From NCBI GenBank assembly GCA_963514005.1, contig OY740781.1, positions 178,312,001 through 178,376,000 on the forward strand: 64,000 nt of DNA, given 5' to 3'. Under the pieces are notes generated by a model that saw only the letters and a program-made list of their open reading frames with translations, was not told the DNA's origin and made no database searches. Source of the DNA: Raja brachyura (taxonomy: Eukaryota). The translations under genes were made by a program, and so were the position numbers. Shown piece after piece: positions 1 to 12,700 of the stretch (its first letter is position 1; each line of letters opens with the position of its first letter).

Positions 1-1292
1 AGATTTAATTCCCACAATACCTGTGTGTTCACTATGGAGTTTTTTAATGTAATCTTTGTCTTAAACAATTGGGTACTACTACTCTGTGACCCCATTTAAT
101 ACACCCTTGCTCATATGACAGTTCATGTTGTCTATTGTGATAAGGTTTTAGTTCATTAGTACATTGTTTTATTTCTGACCATCCACACAAAGTTTGTTCA
201 TATGCTTGTTTTAGCACTCTGTCCTTTTGAGTTTCAACAGCAATTTCAGCTGCTCTGACTGGAAAGGCGTTGTCCACTGCTTCTGTAACGTAGATAGCAC
301 CTTCAGTGCTCACATCTGATTCTTCATGAGGCAAACGCGACAATGCATCAGCGATAGCATTTTCCTTTGAGCTGCGGTACTCAATGCTGTAGTCATACTG
401 TGACAGGAGAACTGCAGAGGCTGCAGCCTCGAGGTTGCCATTGTAAGTATTGCTGACCGAGGACCAAGAATAGTGAGAAGAGGCTTATGATCAGTAGCCA
501 GGGTGAATTTCCTACCCAACAGATACCGATGGAATTTCTTGATCCCAAAGATGATACCAAGGGCTTGTTTCTCGATTTGTGCATAATTACGCTCACTCTT
601 GATAAGTGTGCGTGATGCAAATGCTATAGGCTTTTCTAGTCCATGTTCCGTTACATGTGAAATCACAGCCCCTACCCCACAACTAGATGCATCACAAGCT
701 AACTTTAACTCGCGATTTGTATCGTAGTGAACAAATAATGCATCACTGGTCAAGCTCTTCTTACATGCATCATAAACATTTTGTTGCTCTTTGGACCATT
801 CTAATTTTTAATCATTTTTCAACAACTTGTGAAGATGAGCTAGCTTTGTTGCTAACTCGGGTAAGAAGCGTGAGTAATATTGTACCATACCCAGGAAGGA
901 ACGGAGTTGAGACACATTCTGTGGTGTTGGTGCATTTGCTACAGCTTCAATCTTTTCCTTCACTGGTTGTAGTCCATGTTGATCCACTTTCAAACCAACT
1001 ACTTCGGTCTGTAAGAACGTACATTTGCTTCTTTTCAACTTTATATTGTGATCATCAAGCCATTTCAACACTTCACTGAGTATCTCCAGATTCTCCTCCT
1101 CAGTAACAGTCGTAATCAGCAAGTCATCTTGATTGCTCAAACAATGTGATGTTCCATGCAGAATCTTAGCCATTGTGTATCTTGGAAGGTTTTAGGTGCT
1201 GACTTCACACCATAGGGTAGTTTGGTGCAGGAATACAGCCCCATGTGTGTGTTTATCATGAGGTACTGCTGGCTCTTACAATCAACATTCAG

Positions 1293-2327
1293 TAGGTATG
1301 TTACAAAACGTACCTTCAGTTCTATCACTGGCCGTGTGCGCGACTTTGGCGCCTTTGGGGGGGGGGGGGGGGGGTTAAAATGCGGTTTTCCCTTGCCATC
1401 CGGAATTATATTTTCTCGGAGTGCGAGCTTTTGCTAAAGATTCGTTCCGACTGCCGGTAAGTGAAATTATTTTTTTAAATCGCCCGACTATTTCAGTGCT
1501 GGAGTAAAATAAAAATTAGCTTCTAATGCCGTGAACGCCGACAACGGGGACGGATTTTAGGTAGGGGACAGGTAAAGGTAAGCTGTTTATTCTTTCATAT
1601 AAACTTGCATGTTTAGACGACCTTAATCAACATTTCATGTTGCATAACAGTGATTTATTCCCCATACAAACCAGCAGTATTTTTCCTGCCGATATGGGGT
1701 TTAAATTCACTGCAACCGCAACGTTCCAATCCATTGCGTTCCATAAAATCCAACTCGCAAGCTGATTTAAATGGCCATTAATTTATGGGCATTAAACACT
1801 AAATTCCTTCAATTTGGCCTATAAATTCATAACAATGAGATTTGACATCATTTTATATTGTGAATTCTTGTGTGAATGTTATTTGGACACTTAGGCTTTT
1901 TAAAAAATGTTATTATTTTCTTAAGAAATGGATAGATGTTTAGATCTAGTAATTGAATTTTGTAATTAGCTACAATTGGGTAACCAACTAATTATATGCT
2001 TTAATTTCAGGTAATCCAAGTCAGAGTGCTTCATATTTGTTTCAGAATGCTTCAATCTACAATAACTGTAAATTTCTTTTAGTTCTCTTAATTTTTAAGA
2101 AAGTTATGGGCTTTTGACTGTCCTCGATCACAACTTTTGTGTTAAATCAATGGAAAAGCAATAGGGAACAAGATGCTAATTACTGAGTATGAAAATGTCC
2201 ATAACCTGTTTAATACTGAAGATATGAAAGTGAATTAGGCGTCAAATTAAACTTCTTTCTATGCTTTATCTGATGGGATAAATTGCAGACTTGAATTTTT
2301 AAATCTCAAAATGTTGTAACATTGCTA
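1293..2327. mobile_element. Non-autonomous DNA transposon (hAT-like, 7-bp TSD) inserted in the gypsy RT
   Basis: Imperfect TIRs TAGgtATGTTACAA / TAGcaATGTTACAA. TSD cattcag (1286-1292) / catttag (2328-2334). Removing it restores the RT reading YALLNVDCKSQQYL. Confidence 0.8.
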
Positions 2328-3625
2328 CATTTAGCAGAGCATATGCATGTGAGATCTAGCTTAGAGAATACCTTGGAACCAGCAAGTTCAGCGTATAAAT
2401 CTTGTTGAGATTGGTAGTGGATACTGTTCATCATCTACGGCCTGGTTGATGGTCACTTTGTAATCTCTACACAATCTCACTGTTGTCCGCTTTTGGAACC
2501 ACTACTATTGGAGCAGCCCAATCACTGTGATCTGTTTTAACCAGTACACCGTTTAGTTCCAACTTTTTGATTTCAGCTTCTACTTTACTTTTCAGCGAAT
2601 ATGGCACTGGTCGCAGTCTAGAGTGGACAGGTTCCACATCGGGTTGAATCCTGATGTGTGCTTGCTCACCCTTTATGCCATCATAGCTGTCATTGAACGT
2701 AGCATGATGTTTCTGCAACTACTGATCCAGTTGTGTTTGCGTTTCGACTTGGAATACAGTTTTTCCGGTCCAGATTCAGTAGGTGGAGCCAATTTTTGCC
2801 CGTCATTGTTGGCCTATTGACATAACTTGCGACAACTATTGGCAACTTCAAAGTCTTGCCTTTGTGTCATAAATCACAAACTATCTCTCCACATATCTCC
2901 AATAATTCTCCAGAGTATGTTTTCAACTACACATTTGTTTCTGTGATAGGCGTATTTGCTAAACTGGGATTCATGGGTGTCTTTTCTTATAATTGTACAA
3001 TCAGCAGCGGTATCAATACACATAGTAATGTATTGATTGTTCACTTTGACCCTTGTCTCAAAGTCTTCCTTCCCAGACCCACCGTTCGTAGTATAGATGC
3101 CGTACAGTCCAAGTAAATTACTCTCTGTTCTTCGAGGTTGTGAATCCCACGCATTTGGTTTTGTCGAGCCTTTTGTTTTGCTTTGTCCTGTGATGGTGCT
3201 CTGCATGCTGATGCAATATGGCCTTTCTTTCGACAGTTGTAGCACTTAGAGCCCTTGAACTGGCACTTATTTGCTTTGTGTTGACCATTGCATCGATAGT
3301 ACATATCAGCGCTTTTCCCTAACTTTGCTGTGAAGGCCTTTTCCATCTTGTCATGCTTGTACTTTGGAACTGCCTTTTGACTGTTGACTGTGCCAGCATG
3401 TGTTGGTCGAAACTCATGTGCACTTTGACATGCCATCTCCATGGCCAAAGCAGTTTTGCATGCCCAATCAAAGGTAAGGGCTAGTGTGTTCAGTAATTTT
3501 GATTGGATTCGCTCATCCAGCATTCCATATACAAATCTATCATGCAAAGCTCGATCCAGAAATGTTGCAAAATTGCAGTGTAGACACAACTTTTTCAATG
3601 AGATGATGACAATTTCTTCTTCCAT

Positions 3626-3727
3626 CAGTCTGAAGAAGGGTTTCGGCCCGAAACCTTGCCTATCTCCTCAGCGGGTGCAGTAGATGCTGCTGCACCCGCT
3701 GAGTTTCTCCAGCACTTTGTGTACCCT
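3626..3727 (+). mobile_element. Penelope-like element 3' tail with hammerhead-like motif, inserted in gag
   Basis: CTGAAGA-AGGGT-TTCG-GCCC-GAAA followed by the ...GATGCTGC...CTCCAGCA tail seen in other copies here. Confidence 0.65.
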
Positions 3728-4097
3728 TCTTCAATGAGATAATGTACTCACCCACAGTCTCACCAGGCTTCTGGTTTCTTGTGTGAAATTTGTAACTTTC
3801 TGCAATCTCTATGGGCTTATGAAGTGAGCATCAAGTTTTGAAAGAACAGTCTCAAATGAAACATTCCTTGCTTTCTCTGGGGCTAGGAAGTTGGTGAGAG
3901 TTTCATAAACATCAGGACCAATTTCAGCTAATAGAATGGCTTTCTTTCGTTCCTGGATGGCCTTGTGCTATGCAAAGAAAGATTTTCATTGTCCTGTCAG
4001 GGACACATGACAATAAACTCTTTGACTTTGACTTGACATGTTTTGTGCTCTTACCTGCACTTGATCATCCTGTTTCTTCAGCTTCAATTATTCTATT

Positions 4098-4612
4098 GTG
4101 TACAGTTTTGGTCTCCTAATTTGTGGAAGGATTTGTGATTGAGGCAGTGCAGAGTAGGTTCACAAGATTGATTCCTGGGATGGCGGGACTGTCATTTGAG
4201 GAAAGATTGAAAAGACTAGGCTTGTATTCACTGGAGTTTAGCAGGATGAGGGGGGATGTTATAGAAACATATAAAATTATAAAAAGACTGGACAGGCTAG
4301 ATGCAGGAAAAATGTCCCCAATGTTGGGCGTCCAGAACCGGAGGCCACAGTCTTAGAATAAAGGGGAGGCCATTCAGGACTGAGGTGAGACATTTGTGGA
4401 ATTCCCTGCCACAGAGGGCAGTGGAGGCCAAATCACTGGATGGATTTAAGAGAGAGTTAGATAGTGCTCTAGGGGCTGGTGGAATCAAGGGATATGGGGG
4501 AGAAGGCAGGTACAGGTTATTGATTGGGGACGATCTGCCATGATCACAATGAATGGCGGTGCTGGCTCGAAGGGCCGAATGGCCTCCTCCTGCACCTGTT
4601 TTCTATGTTTCT
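4098..4612 (+). mobile_element. CR1 LINE 3' fragment
   Basis: VQSRFTRLIPGM..LYSLE, CR1 3' UTR and (TTTCTATG)n tail. Confidence 0.9.
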
Positions 4613-4951
4613 ATAATATAATTTGCAATAAAAAGCATTTCCATTCATTCACAGTACGAGGTAAAGGTTTCACAGTTCTTGTCAAGAGTCCCTCGTCGGC
4701 CTATGTATCCCAAGGATGCCATCTTGCCCCATAGACACAACACAAAGATAGCTTGACAACCTCTTAACGATTTATACAGCTGCTGTTTTAAACTACAGTC
4801 TCATGCATGGAATTATCTGCGGCCTATCGTGTCCAGTTCACAAATAACTGCGATACAGCTTCATATTTGCAGTTTAAAATGTGAAACAATACTGCATATT
4901 GCAAAACTGTCCTGCACTGTATTTAAAGATTGAGTTCACAAATTCTATCCG

Positions 4952-4964
4952 ATCCTCGTCACCA
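4952..4964 (-). promoter_or_regulatory. Primer-binding site, tRNA-Ser(GCT)-type
   Basis: TGGTGACGAGGAT on the minus strand, one mismatch from the complement of the vertebrate tRNA-Ser(GCT) 3' end (ATCCTCGTCGCCA). Confidence 0.7.
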
Positions 4965-4965
4965 T

Positions 4966-5176
4966 TGTAAGACATTATGGCTTCAGCACATGGATAGAAA
5001 CAAGCACAGGTTTTCAGTGCACGCAGTTGCCAGTGTGGGTCTTCTTTATTTTTCAAAAGTACACTGCACATACTCACACATATTCACGAGACTGCTAAGA
5101 TATAGAATATATCACTTGACACAAATCATACCATTATAGTACTCAGTACTTACAGTTACAGTTACTATTATAAACA
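4966..5176 (-). repeat. 5' LTR of the gypsy element (TG...CA)
   Basis: Minus strand begins TGTTTATAAT and ends ...TTACA, one base before the PBS. Confidence 0.6.
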
Positions 5177-5179
5177 CTG

Positions 5180-5310
5180 CAGGTCTGAAGTAGAGTTTCG
5201 ACCCAAAACATCACCTATTCCTTTTCTCCAGAGATGCTGCCTGGCCTTACTCCAGCATTTTGCATCTATCTTCGATGTAAATCAGCATCTGCAGTTCCTT
5301 CCTATACATT
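5180..5310 (+). mobile_element. Penelope-like 3' tail (decayed)
   Basis: aggtctgaag..cgaccc..catcacct..ctccagagatgctgcc motif. Confidence 0.6.
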
Positions 5311-6944
5311 TTCAGGTTGGTGATACTTTATCTAAATTGGGAAAGATACAAATTACCTTTCTAAATTATTCAACAACTATGTTTTGCATCTCTTTTTTCA
5401 AGTTTTCACAAAGGTTTGTAAACCCAAAACTTTGACTGTGTCCCTTTGCGCAGATACTGCCCCACTTGCTGCGATTTCCCAGCATTCTTTGCTTTAGTTA
5501 CAGATTTTCAGCGCACGAAGGATTTATTTTGATTCTCTTGAACAGTTTCGGTCTCTTTATTTAGGAAGGAATATATTTGCTTCAAAAGGTAATTCGGAAA
5601 GAAATTACTTGATTCATTCTTTGGATGAAATGGGATAGTCTTACGGGGAAAAGATGAGCAAGACGAGAAAAGATGAGGAAGACGAGAATATGTTTTGCTT
5701 CATAGATGTATGTATTGAGTGTGAGCATTTTAAAATCATGTTGTTTTGGCCATTGCAATTGGTTAGGCCTTGTTTGGTGTTTTGTAAACACCCGGATCCC
5801 TTGCTGTAGCAATGGTCCTTCACCCAAAGTTGTACAGTTTTTAGCGCTTCACTGTAGTTTCTCTCAAACTACAAATCTGGCCATGTTTTCAAAAAGATCT
5901 GCCACTGACCTGTCTGCTACCCACTTTCTCTCATTTTTAAACATTTTCTTTCAGTCTATGTGTTCATTAACCCACATATACAATAATTTAGACAATTAGT
6001 CTGAAAAAGGACACAAAACTTCACCTGTCAATTTACCTCCACATATGATGCCCCAACTGATGCATTCCTCCAGCCCTTTATGTTTTACTAACCAGTTTAT
6101 TTTTGTACAGAAGTGATGCCTGTAATGTGAGAACAGAAGGTGTCTCATTATTTTCCCTAAAATAAATCATATATACAAAATACAGTACAAAACCTCTTCA
6201 TACATCCTCGATGTCTACACATTAGATAATGTCAGAGTGTTCATACCTATCTTTAAACAAATCAACTCTGCCACTCATGTGGCTCCGAGGTGTTTGAGTT
6301 ATCAGCCCCACTGGAGAAGCCGAGATTTTCCAGGGCAGTGAGACGGAGAGCCAACGTCCCAGAACAATAAACGAGAAGTTGTCCTCCTCTCTGTGACAAG
6401 AGTTCTGCAACACCCTCTTTCGCTGCTCCCCCCTCTGTGATTCCTCCTGCTCTTTGGCTCTGCGGCCTTGTTTTAACCCAGACTCACTACCACAGCCACA
6501 CGTGGTCTCGGTGCTTGCCAGAACCTCCATAATTTGCTTTTCCCCTGACTCTCAGTCTGAACAAGGGTCTCGACCGGACCCATCCCTTCGTCCCACAGAT
6601 GCTGGCTATCACGCTGGGTTACTCCAGCATTTTGTGTCTATCTTCGGAATAAACCTCCATCAGTTATGTTTCTGATCTCAGGCTCCAGAATTGACAAGTT
6701 TTATATTTCATCTGCAAAGGGGGGGAATGGAGAGTCTGTTGGGACCCCAGCTTTGGAATTGGACGGTAATGTGCTTAAATTGCATCACCTAAGCAGTGAT
6801 CCTGACACCAAGGGGTATGGGGGAAAAGCAGGAACGGGGGACTGATTTTAGATGATCAGCCATGATCATATTGAATGGCGGTGCTGGCTTGAAGGGCCGA
6901 ATGGCCTACTCCTGCACCTATTTTCCTATGTTTCAATCTTTAAT

Positions 6945-7260
6945 CCTGACACCAACTCTTACACCTCAGCAGTATGATTATTGACTTCTCTAACTTCAAG
7001 TAACCCTTGCTTTCCCTCTCTCCCCATCCCTCCCCCTTCCCGGTTATCTGACCAGACTGTCCGTCTGATTACATTTTATCTCTGTTTGCTTCGTTGTCAA
7101 CTAGTCCGAGCTAACAATGATCTATTCTACATTTCCCTTGAACTCCATCTCTGTTGATGTCTCGTTTTAACACCTTACACTTCCTTATCTCTGTGTCTCC
7201 CTCTCCCCTGACTTTCAGTCTGAAGAAGGATCTCGAACGTCGCCCATTTCTTCTCTCCAG
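6945..7260 (+). mobile_element. Penelope-like element 3' end
   Basis: Decayed ORF end (..MIIDFSNFK-stop) followed by a UTR ending in cagtctgaagaagg. A related tail is at 6540-6675. Confidence 0.6.
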
Positions 7261-7261
7261 T

Positions 7262-7823
7262 GTCATAGAGTCATAGGGTGATACAGTGTGGACACAGGCC
7301 CTTCAGCCCAACTTGCCCACACCGGCCAACAATGTCACAGTTACACTAGTCCCACTTGCCTGCGCTTGGTCCATATCCCTCCAAACCTGTCCTACCCATG
7401 TACCTGTCTAAATGTTTCTTAAACAATGGGATAGCCCCAGCCTCAGCTACATCCTCTGGCAGCTTGTTCCATATAGCCACCACCCTTAGTGTAAAAAAGT
7501 TACCCCTCGGATTCCTATTAAATCTTTTCCCCTTCACCATGAACCTATGTCCTCTGATCCTCAATTCCCCTACTCTGGGCAAGAGACTCCATGCATCTAC
7601 CCTCTCTATTCCTCTCATGATTTTGTACACCCCTATAAGATCACCCCTCATCCTCCTGCGCTCCATGGAATAGAGACCCAGTCTACTCAACCTCTCCCTA
7701 TAGCTCACACTCTCTAGTCCTGACAACATCCTCGTAAATCTTTCTGAACCCTTTCAAGCTTGACAATATCTTTCCTACAACATGGTGCCCAGAACTGAAA
7801 ACAATATTCTAGATGCAGTCTCA
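7262..7823 (-). mobile_element. CR1 LINE 3' fragment
   Basis: ORF 7346-7729 is a CR1 RT C-terminus (RRRMRGDLI, RGNFFT); microsatellite tail. Confidence 0.9.
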
Positions 7824-7824
7824 G

Positions 7825-8858
7825 TAGGCGAGATCGGTCAAAGTCAGCATGGATTTATGAAAGGGAAATCACGCTTGACTAATTTTGGAATTTTTTGAGG
7901 ATGTAACAAGTAGAATGGATAAGGGAGAGCCAGTAGATGTGGTGGATCTAGACATTCAAAAAGTCTTTGACATGGTCCCACACAAGAGATTAGTGTACAA
8001 AATTAAAGCACATGGTATTGGGAGTAGGTTATTGACATGGATAGAGAACTGGTTGACTGCGAGGAGGATGCTATGAGGCTGCAGGGTGACTTGGATAGGT
8101 TGGGTGAGTGGGTAGAAGCATGCAGATGCAGTATAATGTGGAGAAATGTGAGGTTATCCACTTTGGTGACAAGAACAGGAAGGCAGATTATTATCTGAAT
8201 GGTGTCAGATTAGGAGAATGGGAGGTGCAATGACACTTGGGTGTGCTTGTACATCAGTCACTGAAAGTAAGAATGCAGGCACAGCAGGCAGAGAAGAAAG
8301 CTAATGGCATGTTGGCCTTCATTGCAAGAGGATTTTAGGTTAGGAGCAAAGAGGTCCTACTACAGTTGTACAGGGCCCTGGTGAGACTGCACCTGGCGTA
8401 TTGTATGCAATTTTGGTCTCCTAATTTGTGGAAGGACATTATTGCTATTGAAGGAGTGCAGAGTAGGTTAACCAGGTTAATTCCCGGGATGGTGGGACTG
8501 ACATATAATGAAAGAAAGGGTCGACTGGGCATGTATTCGCTGGAATTTAGATGGATGAGAGGGGATCTTATAGAAACATACCAATACTTAGAGGATTGGA
8601 CCGGGTAGTTGAGGAAAAACTTTTTCACCTAGAGAGTTGTGAATCTGTGGAATTCTCTGTCGCAGAAGGCAGTGGAGGCCATTTCACTGGATGTTTTCAA
8701 GAGAGTCTTAGCTCTTAGGGCTAAGGGAATCAAGGGATACGGTGAAAAAGCCAGAATGAGGTAATGATTTTGGATGATCAGCCATGATCATATTGAATGG
8801 TGGTGCTGGCTCAAAGGGCCGAATGGCCTACTCCTGCGCCTATTTTCTATGTTTCTAT
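7825..8858 (+). mobile_element. CR1 LINE, 5'-truncated with internal deletions
   Basis: EFFEDVT..VDVV.LD.QK.FD.VPH and LYRALVR.HL.YC; (TTTCTATG)n tail. Confidence 0.9.
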
Positions 8859-9438
8859 GTATTTATACATTATTCTCCCTGCAAAATATCTCAAGCATGT
8901 TTCGTTTTTTAAATTAAAAGTTATAATGACATTTTTAATGGGATAGTAAACTTTACCATTGCTAAAATAATATTTTGCCCATTAAGAATTACTTTTATAT
9001 TTGTGGATTGTGATTATTCCAAAGTATTTGAAAGTATGAATACGTTGGAATAATGAAAACAATATTTAAAAAATATTTATAAAGTTCACTGACTTTTTTC
9101 TGATGCATTTGTGCTCTGCATGTTGTTTGAAGTACTTATCAAAAATTGCACCTTTTACATTCTGTTTGTGACATGATTACCTGTCCGCTTGAAGGCACTA
9201 CTTACCAGCGATTCCCTGGAATAGTGGGTGTTTTTGCTTTGCTGCTGAATTCAGGCCCATATGTTCAGATATTTTTGGAACTCCCGTTTCCACAAAACCT
9301 ACTGAGTGGTGATCTGCTGCATCGAGGCCATTTTGTTTGTCATCAAAATAAGTAAAAGCAAACTATGACAAATTAGAAATTATGCTACAAGTCAAAGAAC
9401 GGGATTTGCACAAAACAAGTTTTGAAGCAATGAAGCAT

Positions 9439-9444
9439 TTTATT
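9439..9444 (-). promoter_or_regulatory. Probable JCHAIN polyadenylation signal
   Basis: AATAAA about 210 nt after the stop codon. Confidence 0.6.
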
Positions 9445-9652
9445 TGTTCAATGAAGATAAAAAAGCAAGTACAACTATATAAAGCTAAAAATGCATTAAG
9501 AAAACACAATGTGGTTGAACAACATCTGACATGGAGGCGGAATCATGTGATATTTCAGTAGAGGGCGCTGTAGGCTGTGGATTCCAGTGGCGTTTGGGAT
9601 TCCACGCACCATCCATTTGGTTCCCATGGTGTTTTTACGGTATAGGCATTCT

Positions 9653-9749
9653 CTAGATGTCACGGCCGTAGCAGGTGTCTGCAGGGGGAGGTGGGGGTTT
9701 GCATTGGGGTTCTCCAGGTAAAATTGGCTTTTGGTTGCAATTCTTGCAG
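9653..9749 (-). CDS. JCHAIN: JCHAIN exon 4, coding part
   Basis: ttttgttgcag| CKNC..QC..DTCY; TAG at 9655-9653. Confidence 0.9.
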
Positions 9750-12700
9750 CTGCAACAAAATATATGATCAAAGATATATTTCTCATTAACACAGTCATAG
9801 AGCTATGCCACACAGAAATATGCCCTTCAGCCCAACTCCCTCATGCTAACCAACATGTCAAACTGAGCTAGCCCAGTTTCCCCTATCCATATAACCATAT
9901 AACCATATAACAATTACAGCACGGAAACAGGCCTTCTCAGCCCCTCCAGTCCGTGCCGACCATGTATTTTCCCCTAGTCCCATCTACCTGCACTCAGACC
10001 ATACCCCTCCATTCCCTTCCCGTCCATATACCTATCCACTTTAATTTTAAATGTTACAATCGATCCTGCCTCCACCACTTCTGCTGGAAGATCATTCCGC
10101 ACAGCCACCACTCTCTGAGTAAAGAAGTTCCCCCTCATGTTACCCCTAAACTTCTGTCCCTTAATTCTCATGTCATGCCCTCTTGTTTGAATCTTCCCTA
10201 CCCTCAATGGGAAAAGCTTATCCACGTCAACTCTGTCAATCCCTTTCATCATTTTAAAGACCTCTATCAAGTCCCCCCTTAACCTTCTGCGCTCCAAAGA
10301 ATAAAGACCCAACTTGTTCAGCCTTTCTCTGTAACTTAGTTGCTGGAACCCAGGCAATATTCTAGTAAACCTCCTCTGTACTCTCTCTATTTTGTTGACA
10401 TCCTTCCTATAATTAGGCGACCAAAATTGTACTCCAGAATTGGTCTCACCAATGCCTAGTACAATTTTAACATTACTTCCCTACTCCTATATTCAATGCT
10501 CTGATTTATAAAGGCCAGCACACCAAAAGCTTTCTTTACCACCCTATCTACATGCGATTCCACCTTCAGGGAACTATGCACAGTTATTCCTAGATCCCTC
10601 TGTTCCACAGCATTCCTCAATTCCCTACCATTTACCATGTACGTCCTATTTTGATTTGTCCTGCCAAGATGTAGCACCTCACACTTATCAGCATTAAACT
10701 CCATCTGCCATCTTTCAGCCCACTCTTCCAAATGGCCCAAATCTCTGTGTAGACTCTGAAAATCTACCTCATTATCCACAACACCACCTATCTTAGAACC
10801 TATCCCTCTGAACCTTTTCTATCCACTTATCTGTCCAAATATTTTTTAACATGGTAACTATATTCATCTCTGCAACTCATTCTGGTAGCTTGATCTCTAA
10901 GCCCATCATCCTTGTCATGGAGAAAAATTATCCCTCCCGTTCCTTTAAATCTCTCCCCCCCCCCCTCCCCCCCTCCACCTTAAATCTATGCTCTCTCGTT
11001 TTAGAATTCCTGCTCTGGGAAAATGCTGTGATCATCCACTTTCTTCACACTCCTCCTGATCACATATACCTCTATAAGGTCACCACACTACCTCCTACAA
11101 TCCAGGGGTAAAAGTCCCAGCCCATTTCGCCTCTCTTTGTAACTCAAGCCTTCCAATCCCTGTGACATCCCCATACATTTCTTCTCTCCCCTTATCAGAT
11201 TAATGACATCTTTCCTGTAGCTTGGCGAGCAGGACTGCACATAGAACACCAAGTGTTTCTCCAGAATTCTCTGTGGTGTTCCAGGAAAACACCACAGAGA
11301 AATAGTACAAACTCCATGAAACAGCACCCGAGGTTTGGATCTAAGCTCGCAGGAGCAGAAGACAGCAGCTTTACTAATGACACCACCATTCAGCCTGAGT
11401 TATTCAGTTGTCACTAAATATTCAGAAATGGCTCAAGGAGGCCTGATTGTAGCATACTCGAGCTGTTGTTCCGAATTACACCACGTATTAAAATTTGAAT
11501 ACCAGATCTATTTACCAGATGTCAGGTGCAGGCTGTGTTCTGAAACCTGCTCTAATTATATATTGTAAAAAAAGAGATAAAAATATAAATCATACAAATC
11601 TGAAATTTTGTAGACAAACTTGTTCCGAATAGGGGAGGTTGGATCTGAAATGTTCTCTCTGCTCCTCGTGGGAACGCTGCAATAAAACAACAATGCAAGA
11701 ACAATGTAAGAACAACGCAAGAAACATGCAATCACTCTGATGGGATTACACTATAGCCCTTGCAATAGCCCGCAGGAGATAGAGGAGCAGACATGTAGAC
11801 AGACTATGGGGAGAGTCAATAGGAATGGGGTTGTTATAATGAGTGGCTTTTATTTCCCCAATATTGACTGGGATTTAATTAGTGCAAAAGATTAGGACAG
11901 TGCAGAGTTTGTATGGTGTATCCAAAAGGGTTTCTTGAACCAATTTGTGGATTGTTCAACTAGTGGAGGGACCCTACTGGACCTGTATTCGGAAATGAGC
12001 CTGGCTAGGTGTTTCTATGGAAGAACATTTTAGGAACATGTGATTGAGGCAGTGCGGCGTAGGTTCACGAGATTGATCCCTGGGATGGCAGGACTGTCAT
12101 ATGAGGAAAGATTGAAAATGCTAGGCTTGTATTCACTGCAGTTTAGAAGGATGAGGGGGGATCTTATAGAAACATATACAATTATAAAAGGACTGGACAA
12201 GTTAGATGCAGGATAAATGCTCCCAATGTTGGGAGAGTCCAGAACCAGGGGCCACAGTCTTAGAATAAAGGGGAGGTCATTTAAGACTGCGGTGAGAAAA
12301 ATCTTTTTCACCCAGAGAGTTGTGAATTTATGGAATTCCCTGCCACAGAGGGCAGTGGAGGCCAAGTCACTGGATGGATTTAAGAGAGAGTTAGATGGAG
12401 CTCTAGGGGCTAGTGGAGTCAAGGGATATGGGGAGAAGGCAGGCACGGGTTATTGGTAGGGGACGATCAGCCATGATCACAATGAATGGTGGTGCTCGCT
12501 CGAAGGGCCGAATGACCTCCCCCTGCACCTATTTTCTATGTTTCTATGAACTGTGATCACAACTCCATACATTTTAAGATAGTTATGAAGAGGGAAAAGT
12601 CGGGACCTAGGGGCATAAGTACTAAATTTGGATAAGGCAGAGTATAACATTATTCGGCAGGAGCTTCGGAGAGTACATTGGGAGCAGCATTTATGGAGAA

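Larger units (their letters stand above)
1..5176 (-). mobile_element. Degenerate Ty3/gypsy (Mag-like) LTR retrotransposon, running off the left edge, with nested insertions
   Basis: Minus-strand order: LTR, PBS, gag (start MASLGYIG..CETFTSYCE near 4718; two knuckles YYRCNGQHKANKC and CYNCRKKGHIASAC), protease (CIDTAADCTII), RT (WAAPIVVVPK, LPYGVKSAP, QDDLLI), RNase H (LACDASSCGVGAV, TDHKPL, DALSRLP). Many frameshifts. Confidence 0.93.

Noticed and set aside
9496-9813. 105-aa ORF overlapping JCHAIN exon 4
   Set aside because: It is an alternative frame; splice phase and cysteine pattern identify the CKNC frame.
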